A stretch of 41,295 nt of DNA from a virus (IMGVR_UViG_3300017589_000110:1-41295); one strand, 5' to 3'; counted from the first letter of the stretch, positions 27,879 to 36,532 are shown. Made by a program: numbers and translations. Notes: generated by a model not told the origin, from the sequence alone.

Positions 27879-28967
27879 ATGGCAATAAGAGCAACAGGTC
27901 AAATTACAATAATTGACTACAACGACGCGCTAACTCTAAGCGGTTTTATAGGGGCAAATAAACAAAAAACACAAATGTTTAATCCAGATAACAATAGTTA
28001 TAATCCAGACTGGTCCGTAAGTCCATTTATGGTTTTAACACCAAGTCTTTTTAAATTAGGCAATGGTAATAACATAATCACAGATCCAACAGAGAGCGCA
28101 AATATAGTATCTCTTGACTGGTATGATATTACAAACGGAATTGAAACTCTCATTACAGCAAGCGGTACATATGTAATATTAGCTACAGGGGCAAGAACAC
28201 TAACGATTAAAACAAATATTTTAGCAGGGTTACCTGGTAAAGAAATAATGTGCAAAATAGTATACAAAGACCCATCAACTCTATTGAACTTGATATATAA
28301 AACATCCATAAGTTTAAGCAGGGTTGTTAATGGTGGAGGCATAACGGATGCTATAGTATGGGCGCCGGAAGGTAATGTATTCAAAAACAGCGCAATTGCT
28401 ACTCTGCCACTAAAATCCGAATTGTGGAGAGGCAGCACAATAGATATAACCGCGGTAACTTATCAATGGTATAAGCAAGATGCATCAGTAACAACTGATC
28501 AGGGTGGCGGTGTAGGTTGGTTTAAACTCACGAATGCAAATGGGTATGCCGGAGTAACCACAAATACATTAACTGTACCAGTAGGCGGAGTAGATTCTTA
28601 CGCTTCCTATAAATGCATTATAAAAGACACGGATAGCGCAAGTAATACTTATAACCAATCGTTTATGGATGTCATATCTATAATCGACAATACAGATCCA
28701 TATCAAGTTGTTGTAACGAGCACCGGCGGTGACGTATTTAAAAATGGTGTAGGATCTACAACTCTGACAGCAAAAGTATATCAGGGTGGTATAGAGATAG
28801 ATTCAGCTGGTATGACATTTACATATAAGTGGTACAAATATAACAAAGATGGAACGCTTGTTACCGGATGGGGTGGTACCGGAATAAATTTCAAGACTGG
28901 TAAAACATTAGCGGTAGGAGATGCAGACGTAGAAGTAAAAGCTACGTTTATGATAGAAATAGAGTAG
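27879..28967 (+). CDS. Tail structural protein with Ig-like repeats
   Basis: GQITIIDYND; repeated G.VFKN...T.L.A..Y.WYK units. Confidence 0.7.
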   Translation: MAIRATGQITIIDYNDALTLSGFIGANKQKTQMFNPDNNSYNPDWSVSPFMVLTPSLFKLGNGNNIITDPTESANIVSLDWYDITNGIETLITASGTYVILATGARTLTIKTNILAGLPGKEIMCKIVYKDPSTLLNLIYKTSISLSRVVNGGGITDAIVWAPEGNVFKNSAIATLPLKSELWRGSTIDITAVTYQWYKQDASVTTDQGGGVGWFKLTNANGYAGVTTNTLTVPVGGVDSYASYKCIIKDTDSASNTYNQSFMDVISIIDNTDPYQVVVTSTGGDVFKNGVGSTTLTAKVYQGGIEIDSAGMTFTYKWYKYNKDGTLVTGWGGTGINFKTGKTLAVGDADVEVKATFMIEIE

Positions 28968-28975
28968 GTGATAAT

Positions 28976-30721
28976 ATGGCAAAAGCAGTAGGACAATTCA
29001 CAATTATAGATCTTAACGACATTACAATATCTTCTACTGCTCCGGCGGTAAAGATAGTTAATATGATTTGGTTAGACACTTCTGTAGTGCCTAACCAGTT
29101 AAAAAAATGGAGTGGTTCTGCCTGGATAAATGTTGGGGATAGAAATGCAGATATTGAGGTTGGTGGTAGAAATTATCTTAAGGATTCAGCAAAAGAACGT
29201 ACAGGTGCAAGCACAGGGACTAATAGAGAATATGTTTCTGTAGATATTACAGATATTGCAATTGCGCATTTAAGTGAAGCCTTTATGTTATCATTTGACA
29301 TGAAATCTGCTGTTACTGGTGATATTACAGTCTATGCATTAGGAGGTTACAAATTTTCTAACACAAGTACATTTACATGTACAACAAGTTATAAGAGATT
29401 TTCTCGCTCTATTGTTTTTCCAGCGGCTCTTACACCTAATGACCCTAATGGAAATAAATGCTTATTAAGTTTTTACGGCATTTATGGAAGTGGTAGAATT
29501 CCAACAGTTAAAAATATTAAGATTGAAAAAGGTAACAAAATCACAGACTGGACACCTGCTCCTGAAGATACAGACCAGAAGTTTACAAATTATTACACCA
29601 AAACAGAGACCACGGCTCAAATAAATACGGCAAAAGACAGCATTAACTTGTCGGTAGATACAAAGATATCAACTGCTACAACGACTATTAATCAGACTAC
29701 GAATACAAAGTTACTAAACTATAGTACTACGAATGAAATGACTGCTGCTATTAACTTAAAGGGTGCAGAAATTGATTTAGCTGTAAGTCAAAAAATCATA
29801 GGTACTTACTATCAAGAAGCAACTCCAGCAGCTCCTAAAAATAAAGAAATTTGGTACAAGACCGAACACAGCAATTACATTGTAAATAACATGTCTATGA
29901 CTGTTAATAGCTTAACAGGAGTAACTGTTAATGAATTAGCGCCTGTTCAGAAACTGTATAGGTACAATGGAACGATATGGCAGCCCATCGAGGATAGTGA
30001 TATTGCTAATATTAAAGCGGATATTGCTGGGGTAAACATTTCAGTAGATGGTATAGTACAAAAAGTAGAGGATTCAGATGGGCGCATTGGATTGGTGGAA
30101 TTGACGTCAAGTCAGTTATTGGTGGATGTAGCAAATATAAAAATTAGAGCTGATACTTTAGAGGCAAATATAAACTCACTCAATCTGAATATAGGAACTT
30201 TGACAGCAAGAATAGATACTGCACAGGTAGATATCGGAACTTTGAATACGAATATCGGTACTCTGAACGCAAATATCAATAGCATAAAATTAGTAACGAA
30301 CAGCATAGAGATAGCGGTAAATAGCTCTAAGTTACAATTTGGAAGTGACGGATTAACTATAAAAAATGGTGGATTTCGTATATTATATGGTTCAACAGAA
30401 ATGTTTAGTGTGAGCTCAAATGGAATGCTCTATCTAAGGGGTGAATTTAGGACAGGACTAATAACAATGCGGAATGATGTATTGACATTTGGTTATTCAT
30501 CAAGTTGGGACGGAGCTCCTTCTGGTGGGAAAATATATACAAGCGGACAAGATTTATACATAGACAATATGGTCTCAGGATTTGGCAGAGGAATATATCT
30601 AAGGAGCTACAATCATTCGTTTTATATAGGAAATAATATAATAATAGATGGCTCTACATACACAAAAAAGAAATTCAGTACAGTAGGAGTTAATGAATAC
30701 GTATGGACAGCAACATCATAG
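28976..30721 (+). CDS. Tail fibre / receptor-binding protein
   Basis: VGGRNYL..S and KIEKGNK.TDWTPAPED motifs, heptad stalk, beta-rich tip. Confidence 0.75.
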   Translation: MAKAVGQFTIIDLNDITISSTAPAVKIVNMIWLDTSVVPNQLKKWSGSAWINVGDRNADIEVGGRNYLKDSAKERTGASTGTNREYVSVDITDIAIAHLSEAFMLSFDMKSAVTGDITVYALGGYKFSNTSTFTCTTSYKRFSRSIVFPAALTPNDPNGNKCLLSFYGIYGSGRIPTVKNIKIEKGNKITDWTPAPEDTDQKFTNYYTKTETTAQINTAKDSINLSVDTKISTATTTINQTTNTKLLNYSTTNEMTAAINLKGAEIDLAVSQKIIGTYYQEATPAAPKNKEIWYKTEHSNYIVNNMSMTVNSLTGVTVNELAPVQKLYRYNGTIWQPIEDSDIANIKADIAGVNISVDGIVQKVEDSDGRIGLVELTSSQLLVDVANIKIRADTLEANINSLNLNIGTLTARIDTAQVDIGTLNTNIGTLNANINSIKLVTNSIEIAVNSSKLQFGSDGLTIKNGGFRILYGSTEMFSVSSNGMLYLRGEFRTGLITMRNDVLTFGYSSSWDGAPSGGKIYTSGQDLYIDNMVSGFGRGIYLRSYNHSFYIGNNIIIDGSTYTKKKFSTVGVNEYVWTATS

Positions 30722-30729
30722 GAGGGAAA

Positions 30730-31092
30730 ATGAAGATAAAATTAGGAGCGCTAGTTAAAGCAACAGAAGGACTAAAGGCGTTGCAAGAAAAAGATTTACC
30801 TGTAGCAGAGAGTTTTAAACTATTAAATTTAGTTCAGCAAGCAGACCCAATACTTAAAAATTATGGAGAGCAGCGGGCAAAGCTTCTTGAGAAGTATGGA
30901 GAGACAAAAGATAATTTGAATTATTCTATTCCGCAAAAAAATGTTGAACAGTATTTAAATGAAATGTCTCCACTTGAAGATATGGAAATCAATATAGATT
31001 TTCAAAAGATAAAATTGAATAAAAATATAGAGATAAAAGTGGTACATTTGCAAAATTTATTAGACTTTGTGGAAATGGAAGAGGGTGAATAA
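30730..31092 (+). CDS. Tail fibre chaperone-like protein (DUF1617-like)
   Basis: GGAGG RBS supports ATG 30730; LP...SFKL, R.KLLEKYG. Confidence 0.6.
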   Translation: MKIKLGALVKATEGLKALQEKDLPVAESFKLLNLVQQADPILKNYGEQRAKLLEKYGETKDNLNYSIPQKNVEQYLNEMSPLEDMEINIDFQKIKLNKNIEIKVVHLQNLLDFVEMEEGE

Positions 31093-31093
31093 C

Positions 31094-31765
31094 ATGGCAA
31101 TAGAAAGAATTTTAGGAACAGACACTGGAAAAGCAGCCTTTGAAAAAGCAGATAGAAATTTTGTAGGGCACGAGGGACAAATTAACAATTTTATTGCCAA
31201 AGGGTATGTAAATACTATAGGGGTTTCAGACTTCAATAATGCTACGGAAAATGGCAAATATACAGGATACGCTATTTCAAATGCTCCGACAACAAATTCA
31301 ACAGTAAACGTCGAGGTAATTAAAGAGGCTTCTGGTGTCGTGTCTCAAATTGCTGTAGTAGTTTTTGGTTTCGGTGCAGGTAATGCCTATACAAGGATAA
31401 AACAAATTAATGGAATTTGGACGGCTTGGCAAAAAATAGCTACAGACAAACAACCAGATTGGATAACTGCAACTTTGCAAAATGGATGGACAGGAAATGC
31501 ATATTACAGAAAGAATAGTTTAGAACAGATGGAAATAATGTTTAACCCAATTACAGCATGTACAGTATCTGATTTTACAACTATAGCTACATTGCCAGTA
31601 GGTTATACCCCGTTAACACATTCCCCTATTGTATGCTACAACACAGCAAATGGGGAAAGTGTTAACGGAATAGTAATTTTAAATTCAGGAGAAATAAAAA
31701 TAAGAACGCCTGCAACTACTAAAATAGCAACTGGTCAAAACCTAACCGCTCATTCCTTTTATTAA
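31094..31765 (+). CDS. Tail fibre protein with pyocin-knob-like domain
   Basis: DFNNATENGKY..NAP, W.AWQKIAT, W...TLQNGW, IATLP.GY.P. Confidence 0.7.
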   Translation: MAIERILGTDTGKAAFEKADRNFVGHEGQINNFIAKGYVNTIGVSDFNNATENGKYTGYAISNAPTTNSTVNVEVIKEASGVVSQIAVVVFGFGAGNAYTRIKQINGIWTAWQKIATDKQPDWITATLQNGWTGNAYYRKNSLEQMEIMFNPITACTVSDFTTIATLPVGYTPLTHSPIVCYNTANGESVNGIVILNSGEIKIRTPATTKIATGQNLTAHSFY

Positions 31766-31781
31766 ATATATGGAGGTCACA

Positions 31782-32078
31782 ATGTTAAAACAAATATATG
31801 AAATTGATACAAATGGCTACATAAAAAAAATCTATGCAGTAGAGTTTGACGGACAAAGAAATCCAGTTGCACCATTGGCAGATAATATCGTTACTGTTGA
31901 CCCTCCGAATGGCTTGTATCGTGCAAAATGGACAGGCACGGAATGGGTTGAGGATAAATCTAAAGAAGAATTTGAAGCTGAAGAACTTTTAAACGATTTA
32001 ATTCCTACAACAGAACAGATAAAAAATGCTGAAATTGAAATCAAAATACTGACTTTATTGCAGGAGGTGATGATATGA
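31782..32078 (+). CDS. Tail-fibre-associated protein (XkdW/YomQ-like)
   Basis: GGAGG RBS; PPNGLY..KW.GTEWVE. Confidence 0.6.
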   Translation: MLKQIYEIDTNGYIKKIYAVEFDGQRNPVAPLADNIVTVDPPNGLYRAKWTGTEWVEDKSKEEFEAEELLNDLIPTTEQIKNAEIEIKILTLLQEVMI

Positions 32079-32218
32079 CAATAATAGAACAAAAATTGAT
32101 TGCTGCATATGCTGTTTTAGTACTTGCAGAGAAAAAGACATTAGAGCAAGTTCCAGAAAAGCTAAGAGGTGAAGTTGAAATTAAAGTTGCTGAAAAAACT
32201 ATTGAAGTGCTGGGGTAG
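32075..32218 (+). CDS. CD1375/XkdX-like small protein (47 aa)
   Basis: AGGAGGTGA RBS, ATGA overlap; Y..LV...KKTLEQVPEKLR.EV motif; not in ORF track. Confidence 0.75.
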   Translation: MTIIEQKLIAAYAVLVLAEKKTLEQVPEKLRGEVEIKVAEKTIEVLG

Positions 32219-32313
32219 GTAGGTTAAATACATCACATTGAGACAAGCGTAAATAAAATACATATAATATTATAGGGAGCTTATAAGCTCTCTTTTAAAA
32301 GGGAGAAAAGATT

Positions 32314-32769
32314 ATGGAAAAATTTAAGGAAGTTTTTATAATGATATTTACAGTAGCAGGTACCTTGACAATAAATTTCTTTGGAGGTATTGACACAGTG
32401 CTGACTGCGTTAATATTTTTTATTTGTATAGATTATTTAACAGGACTTCTTGTAGCATTAGTGTTCAAGAAGAGTAAGAAAACAGAGAATGGTTCATACG
32501 AAAGCTATGTAGGGTTTAAGGGAATAGTTAAGAAAGTTATAATTCTAGTATGCGTTGCTGCCACTAATCAACTAGATTTAGCATTGGGGTTTAGTGGATA
32601 TATTAGAACTCTAGTAATAATGTTCTTTATAGCCAATGAGTTTTTAAGCATAATAGAGAACACCGGATTGATGGGTGTTAGATGGCCGAAAGCAATACAG
32701 AATATGCTTGAAGTGCTCAGAGATAAAGTTGATAATACAGAAATAGATAAGGAAGTGACAAAAAAATGA
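32314..32769 (+). CDS. Holin (Phage_holin_4_1 family)
   Basis: GG.D..L..L...IDY.TG, S..GFKG..KK, NE.LSI.EN...MG. Confidence 0.92.
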   Translation: MEKFKEVFIMIFTVAGTLTINFFGGIDTVLTALIFFICIDYLTGLLVALVFKKSKKTENGSYESYVGFKGIVKKVIILVCVAATNQLDLALGFSGYIRTLVIMFFIANEFLSIIENTGLMGVRWPKAIQNMLEVLRDKVDNTEIDKEVTKK

Positions 32770-33515
32770 TTAAGGTATTAATTGACCCTGGACATGCTCC
32801 AGGGAACACTAATAAAGGACCTACTGGATATTATGAATACCAGGGAGTTTGGAAAATTTCTAATTATTTGAAAGAAATCCTAACGGCTAAAGGGGTACAA
32901 GTAGATTTTACTCGTACCTGGGATGAAGATCCAGATCTATACAATAGAGGACAAAAGGCTTCTGGATATGATCTGTTTATATCCGAGCACACCAACGCAA
33001 GCAATGGAGCTGCGAGAGGTGTTGAAGTGTTCTATGACTGCTCTAAGCCACAAGATAAAGAATTTGCAGAGAAGCTTGCCGGAAAAGTTGCTGCAGTAAT
33101 GGGAAATACAAATAAAGGCGCAAAGACAAGGGTTTATACTGAAAACGGGAAAATATTAAACTACTACGGAGTAATTCGTGGAGCTGCTGCAACAAACTGC
33201 AAGCATATACTGCTAATTGAATCAGGATATCATGATAATGTCGTTGATGAAGCATTTTTGAAAGTAGATGCCAATTTGAAAAAGATAGCTGCAGCGCAAG
33301 CAGAAGTAATCTGTGAAATCTTAGGAATTGTTGAAAGCGAGGAATCGGAAATGAGGTATAAAAATATATCTGAAATGCCTGTACATTATCAGGCAGCAGT
33401 TAAGGACTTGGTAGACAAGAAAGTTATTCAAGGTAATGCAAGCGGCGATTTGAATATGACTGAGGATATGATAAGAACATTAATCATAGCAGGTAGAATG
33501 GATAAACTAAAATAG
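32766..33515 (+). CDS. Endolysin, N-acetylmuramoyl-L-alanine amidase (Amidase_3)
   Basis: IDPGH, catalytic E, FISEHTNA, LLIESGYHDN; C-terminal SLH-like binding region. Confidence 0.92.
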   Translation: MIKVLIDPGHAPGNTNKGPTGYYEYQGVWKISNYLKEILTAKGVQVDFTRTWDEDPDLYNRGQKASGYDLFISEHTNASNGAARGVEVFYDCSKPQDKEFAEKLAGKVAAVMGNTNKGAKTRVYTENGKILNYYGVIRGAAATNCKHILLIESGYHDNVVDEAFLKVDANLKKIAAAQAEVICEILGIVESEESEMRYKNISEMPVHYQAAVKDLVDKKVIQGNASGDLNMTEDMIRTLIIAGRMDKLK

Positions 33516-33633
33516 TAGTAATATCAACCAGGCGTGATTGCCTGGTCTTTTTTAAATTTAAATATAAATTTTATTGTTATTTTGTCGATAAATTATTATG
33601 ATAATAATTTTAGTAGTTAAAGGAGGGATAAAT

Positions 33634-34005
33634 TTGAATTATACAAATTCAAAAGTATATAAAGCAATCTATAAGTTGTTGAATATTAGTGAAAGAATTA
33701 TTTTTTTAATTATAGGAACACTTTTGCCAATACAACTTGCTTGGGTAACAAAAGAAAAACCATTTAGTGCCTATTTAACTGAAGCAAACATAGAACAATT
33801 TTCTTCTATATTTAAATTTTCAGCGGGTAAAATGTTATATTATTTAGATAACCTTATAATAACATTAGCTACTATATTTATTATTTTTATTTTTAGGTTT
33901 ACTGTAAAATTAGAAAAAAATACATCTCAGTTTAAGATTATTGAAGAATTTTCTATTTGTTGTACTTTCGTAATTATATTTTTAGGACTCATAAAAAACA
34001 ATTAA
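33634..34005 (+). CDS. Moron membrane protein (3 TM)
   Basis: AAGGAGG RBS supports TTG 33634; TTGTTA-17-TATGAT promoter at 33574-33602. Confidence 0.65.
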   Translation: MNYTNSKVYKAIYKLLNISERIIFLIIGTLLPIQLAWVTKEKPFSAYLTEANIEQFSSIFKFSAGKMLYYLDNLIITLATIFIIFIFRFTVKLEKNTSQFKIIEEFSICCTFVIIFLGLIKNN

Positions 34006-34073
34006 GTTTTAAGATAATTAATATCGTTTCATAAAAAGAAATCAGGCATAATTGTCTGGTTTTTTTTTATTTT

Positions 34074-34101
34074 TTGACAAATAATGTAATTATGCTATAA
34101 T
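34074..34101 (+). promoter_or_regulatory. SigA promoter
   Basis: TTGACA-16-TATAAT with extended TG. Confidence 0.75.
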
Positions 34102-34129
34102 AATATTAAAAAAATATATGGGGGTAATT

Positions 34130-34420
34130 ATGGATTACAATAAGGACATTGTATCAAAAGAATCTGTTGAAACAGTCAATCGAGAAACAAACAAAAATGT
34201 TATGCTTGAAGTAGGACGTAAATATATCTTTTACATGTCAAAGCCAACAACTAAAAAAGATATTAAAGATAATGGGCGTATAGTTGAGATTTTAGGTTTT
34301 GATGATAATTTCATGTGCAATAAAGCTATAGTTAGGTATATGGATACTCAAAGACCTGGAAGTATTTCAAATATAGATTATCTTTTGCCATATCAAAGCT
34401 CATTCAATAGCCAAGAATAA
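34130..34420 (+). CDS. Moron hypothetical protein (possible SH3/KOW-like beta barrel)
   Basis: GGGGG RBS; LEVGRKY..NGRIVEILGF..AIVRY pattern. Confidence 0.6.
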   Translation: MDYNKDIVSKESVETVNRETNKNVMLEVGRKYIFYMSKPTTKKDIKDNGRIVEILGFDDNFMCNKAIVRYMDTQRPGSISNIDYLLPYQSSFNSQE

Positions 34421-34504
34421 TAACCATGGTCTTTTTATATTTTTTTACAAATTTATAACATAATAGTATTATATAGATAATTATAATATTAAGGAGAAAG
34501 ATAT

Positions 34505-35407
34505 ATGTGCGAAAATGCGTTTTATATAAATATTAAAGAAATTGAATATTATGAACCATTTAAAATTAGCTTAAATATAAAGAATGGATCCTGCTTTTCT
34601 TTTTATGATATTAATTATAAATATGTATATAATTCATATGAAAATAAATTGATTATATGTAGTTTTGAAAAAATGGACGATATAACTATGGTAAAGGTAA
34701 AAACATCATTAAGTATACTTTCATATTTAGGTGGTGTTCCTATTGCAGAACTTAATGAAATACAGGGTTTAAAAGAAAAAATTACTATTGTAAACTCAAA
34801 TAATAAAAAAATTCAAAAACTAAATGCTTTTAATGACAAATTAAGTGATATTAAAGATGATAAAAAAAAATTATTTTTAAAGATTGTAAATTTTTTCTAT
34901 AGCGGATTGAAATATGAATTTAGGGGTCTTTATGAGGAATCATATATGAATTATTATAAGACCATAGAGATACTGACTAAGGAATATTTTAAGTCTTTTT
35001 ATATAAAGAAATCAAATTTTGATAATACAAAATTATTTGTTTTTTTAGAGAAGTATATTAATGAAAGTGCAGGTATAACATATGATCAGAGTAAGATGAA
35101 TAATATTGTTGGAAATGTAAAAAGTTGTATTAAAGATAATATTGAAAAGGATATTTATGATAAAATTTCATTTTTCTTGAATCATGAAAATATAAAATTT
35201 GATGCAAAAAAGCTTCAAAAATATGTTAATCTAAGAAATGGGTTAGCTCATGGTGATGTTATAGATGAAGATTATGTTAAGAATAATGTTAATCCAATAA
35301 AATCATTGTGTCAAAATATCATATCGAGTTACTTTTTTAGAAAAAAATATGATGATATAAAATTTGATGCAAAAGTGGAATTACATAAAGGGAGTAGATG
35401 GATATAG
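34505..35407 (+). CDS. HEPN-domain protein (ApeA/MauJ-like), candidate abortive-infection RNase
   Basis: AAGGAG RBS; S.MNYYK.IEIL helix and LRNGLAHG (R-x4-H) motif near the C-terminus; very AT-rich. Confidence 0.7.
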   Translation: MCENAFYINIKEIEYYEPFKISLNIKNGSCFSFYDINYKYVYNSYENKLIICSFEKMDDITMVKVKTSLSILSYLGGVPIAELNEIQGLKEKITIVNSNNKKIQKLNAFNDKLSDIKDDKKKLFLKIVNFFYSGLKYEFRGLYEESYMNYYKTIEILTKEYFKSFYIKKSNFDNTKLFVFLEKYINESAGITYDQSKMNNIVGNVKSCIKDNIEKDIYDKISFFLNHENIKFDAKKLQKYVNLRNGLAHGDVIDEDYVKNNVNPIKSLCQNIISSYFFRKKYDDIKFDAKVELHKGSRWI

Positions 35408-35437
35408 GCTTATAACCAATGCTATGAATTTGCTTTT

Positions 35438-35677
35438 TTATTTTTTGAACAAATACCACTTCTGACTATAAATTTCATATTTTAATTCATAAATAAATTT
35501 TCCGCTATGTTGACACACAAAAACTATTCTCTTGTTTCCAACTAAATTTTCTTCTTTTGTTTCTAATATTTTTTCTACTATTACGGCTTTATCATCTACT
35601 ATGAATTTTACAGGCTCAATTTTACCGTTTGTATTAAATATAACTGTTGCTATTATTGGTTTATTTACTATTTTCAT
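35438..35677 (-). CDS. Small SOS-regulated beta-rich protein
   Basis: GAGGTGA RBS; LexA box in the leader; MKIV.KPI...F...G...P..F / YELKYE....W.L pattern. Confidence 0.75.
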   Translation of the reverse strand: MKIVNKPIIATVIFNTNGKIEPVKFIVDDKAVIVEKILETKEENLVGNKRIVFVCQHSGKFIYELKYEIYSQKWYLFKK

Positions 35678-35687
35678 ATTTTCACCT

Positions 35688-35701
35688 CGAATAATTGTTC
35701 G
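35688..35701 (-). promoter_or_regulatory. LexA (SOS/Cheo) box
   Basis: CGAAC-AATT-ATTCG on the minus strand (one mismatch to CGAAC-N4-GTTCG), between an extended -10 (TGGTATAAT, 35707-35715) and the RBS. Confidence 0.75.
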
Positions 35702-35765
35702 AATATATTATACCACATAAGAATTAAATTAAAACAGCTTTATAAATTATTTTAAAAACATATCC

Positions 35766-35794
35766 TTGTAAAATCTTGCCACAAATAATATAAT
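35766..35794 (+). promoter_or_regulatory. SigA-like promoter
   Basis: TTGTAA-17-TATAAT. Confidence 0.6.
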
Positions 35795-35820
35795 TTATGT
35801 GACTACATTTACGGGCGGTA

Positions 35821-36159
35821 ATGAAAATGAAGAATTTGAATATTGATATGGAACAAATAACATCAACGATTGAAGATTTTATACAGTTAAGTGAAGAAGA
35901 TCAAAGAGAAATTAGAGGGCGGATTCTTTACAAAAGACTATTAAAAATCGCAAAAATGCACACTAAGACAGAAGAAGCAGCAAAAGAGCGTCTTAGAAAG
36001 TCAATTCAAATGGCTACGGAAATTGACAAATTTACCGATGAACAGAAAAGTGAATTTTTCCGAATACTGAAGGAAAAAGGTATTGATTTTAATGTAGAGG
36101 ATGAGGATGAACTTGAAAAAGTAGAATTAAATATTAAATTTAAAAATAATCAGGAATAG
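35821..36159 (+). CDS. Moron hypothetical helical protein
   Basis: Own promoter and terminator; two similar LSEEDQ/FTDEQK helices. Confidence 0.7.
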   Translation: MKMKNLNIDMEQITSTIEDFIQLSEEDQREIRGRILYKRLLKIAKMHTKTEEAAKERLRKSIQMATEIDKFTDEQKSEFFRILKEKGIDFNVEDEDELEKVELNIKFKNNQE

Positions 36160-36173
36160 ATAATATGTAAATT

Positions 36174-36223
36174 CAGGGCAGCCGGATCATCTCATGAGTA
36201 GATGTCTGCTGCCCTGTTTTTTT
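36174..36223 (+). terminator. Long GC-rich hairpin terminator (possibly bidirectional)
   Basis: CAGGGCAGC...GCTGCCCTG-TTTTTTT with internal CATCT/AGATG stem. Confidence 0.75.
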
Positions 36224-36278
36224 GTGTTACGCCCAATTTCAGAGCTCTAAGCCAGCGCAAATTTCACGAGTGGCTTTG

Positions 36279-36420
36279 TCTTATTATATGCTTTTATTGT
36301 ATGGGTGTGACAAAAAAATAAAAAGCTGGAGGGACAAGTTCCAGCTTACAATAATATTAACTATATTTATACATTATCAATAACATATCTTATTATATGC
36401 TTGTATTAGGTGGGCGTTAC
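36279..36420. repeat. 33-bp imperfect direct repeat (36279-36311 and 36388-36420; 27/33 identical)
   Basis: TCTTATTATATGCTTTTATTGTATGGGTGTGAC vs TCTTATTATATGCTTGTATTAGGTGGGCGTTAC; related inverted 10-mer at 36226-36235. Confidence 0.85.
36312..36347 (-). terminator. Minus-strand intrinsic terminator
   Basis: AAGCTGGA...TCCAGCTT hairpin followed on the minus strand by TTTATTTTTTT. Confidence 0.65.
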
Positions 36421-36441
36421 TAAAAAGAGGATTATTTTATA

Positions 36442-36470
36442 TTGTATTACTTAGCAGAAAAGGTTATAAT
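36442..36470 (+). promoter_or_regulatory. Outward-facing SigA-like promoter near attR
   Basis: TTGTAT-17-TATAAT. Confidence 0.55.
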
Positions 36471-36510
36471 ATAATATAAAATAATTAGTCCTTAATATTT
36501 AATTACTGTA

Positions 36511-36532
36511 AAAAATTCGCCAAAAATTCGCC
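36511..36532 (+). repeat. Tandem 11-bp repeat AAAAATTCGCC x2, probable integrase arm-type sites
   Basis: Exact tandem copy ~110 bp inside the att core. Confidence 0.65.

Larger units (their letters stand above)
33527..34436 (+). repeat. Related terminator hairpins bounding post-lysis morons (33527-33553, 34041-34068, collapsed copy 34423-34436)
   Basis: ACCAGGCGTGATTGCCTGGTCTTTTT / ATCAGGCATAATTGTCTGGTTTTTTT / ACCATGGTCTTTTT. Confidence 0.75.

Noticed and set aside
32224-32238. TTAAATACATCACAT resembles one end of clostridial type I-B CRISPR repeats (possible solitary repeat/Racr)
   Set aside because: Only about 15 AT-rich nt match from memory, the rest diverges, and there is no second repeat; it would need comparison with the host CRISPR repeat
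28976-32313. Diversity-generating retroelement or invertase shufflon acting on the tail fibres
   Set aside because: I saw no reverse transcriptase, invertase, adenine-variant template repeat or inverted crossover sites in the window
697-33255. Numerous minus-strand and alternative-frame ORFs in the track overlapping phage genes (e.g. 697-1128, 5778-6188, 17792-18172, 24803-25279, 27998-28438)
   Set aside because: They are shadows of well-supported + strand genes, with no RBS or recognisable motifs
36279-36420. 33-bp repeat pair as a CRISPR mini-array
   Set aside because: Only two divergent copies, and the 76-bp spacer is too long and contains a terminator; no cas genes
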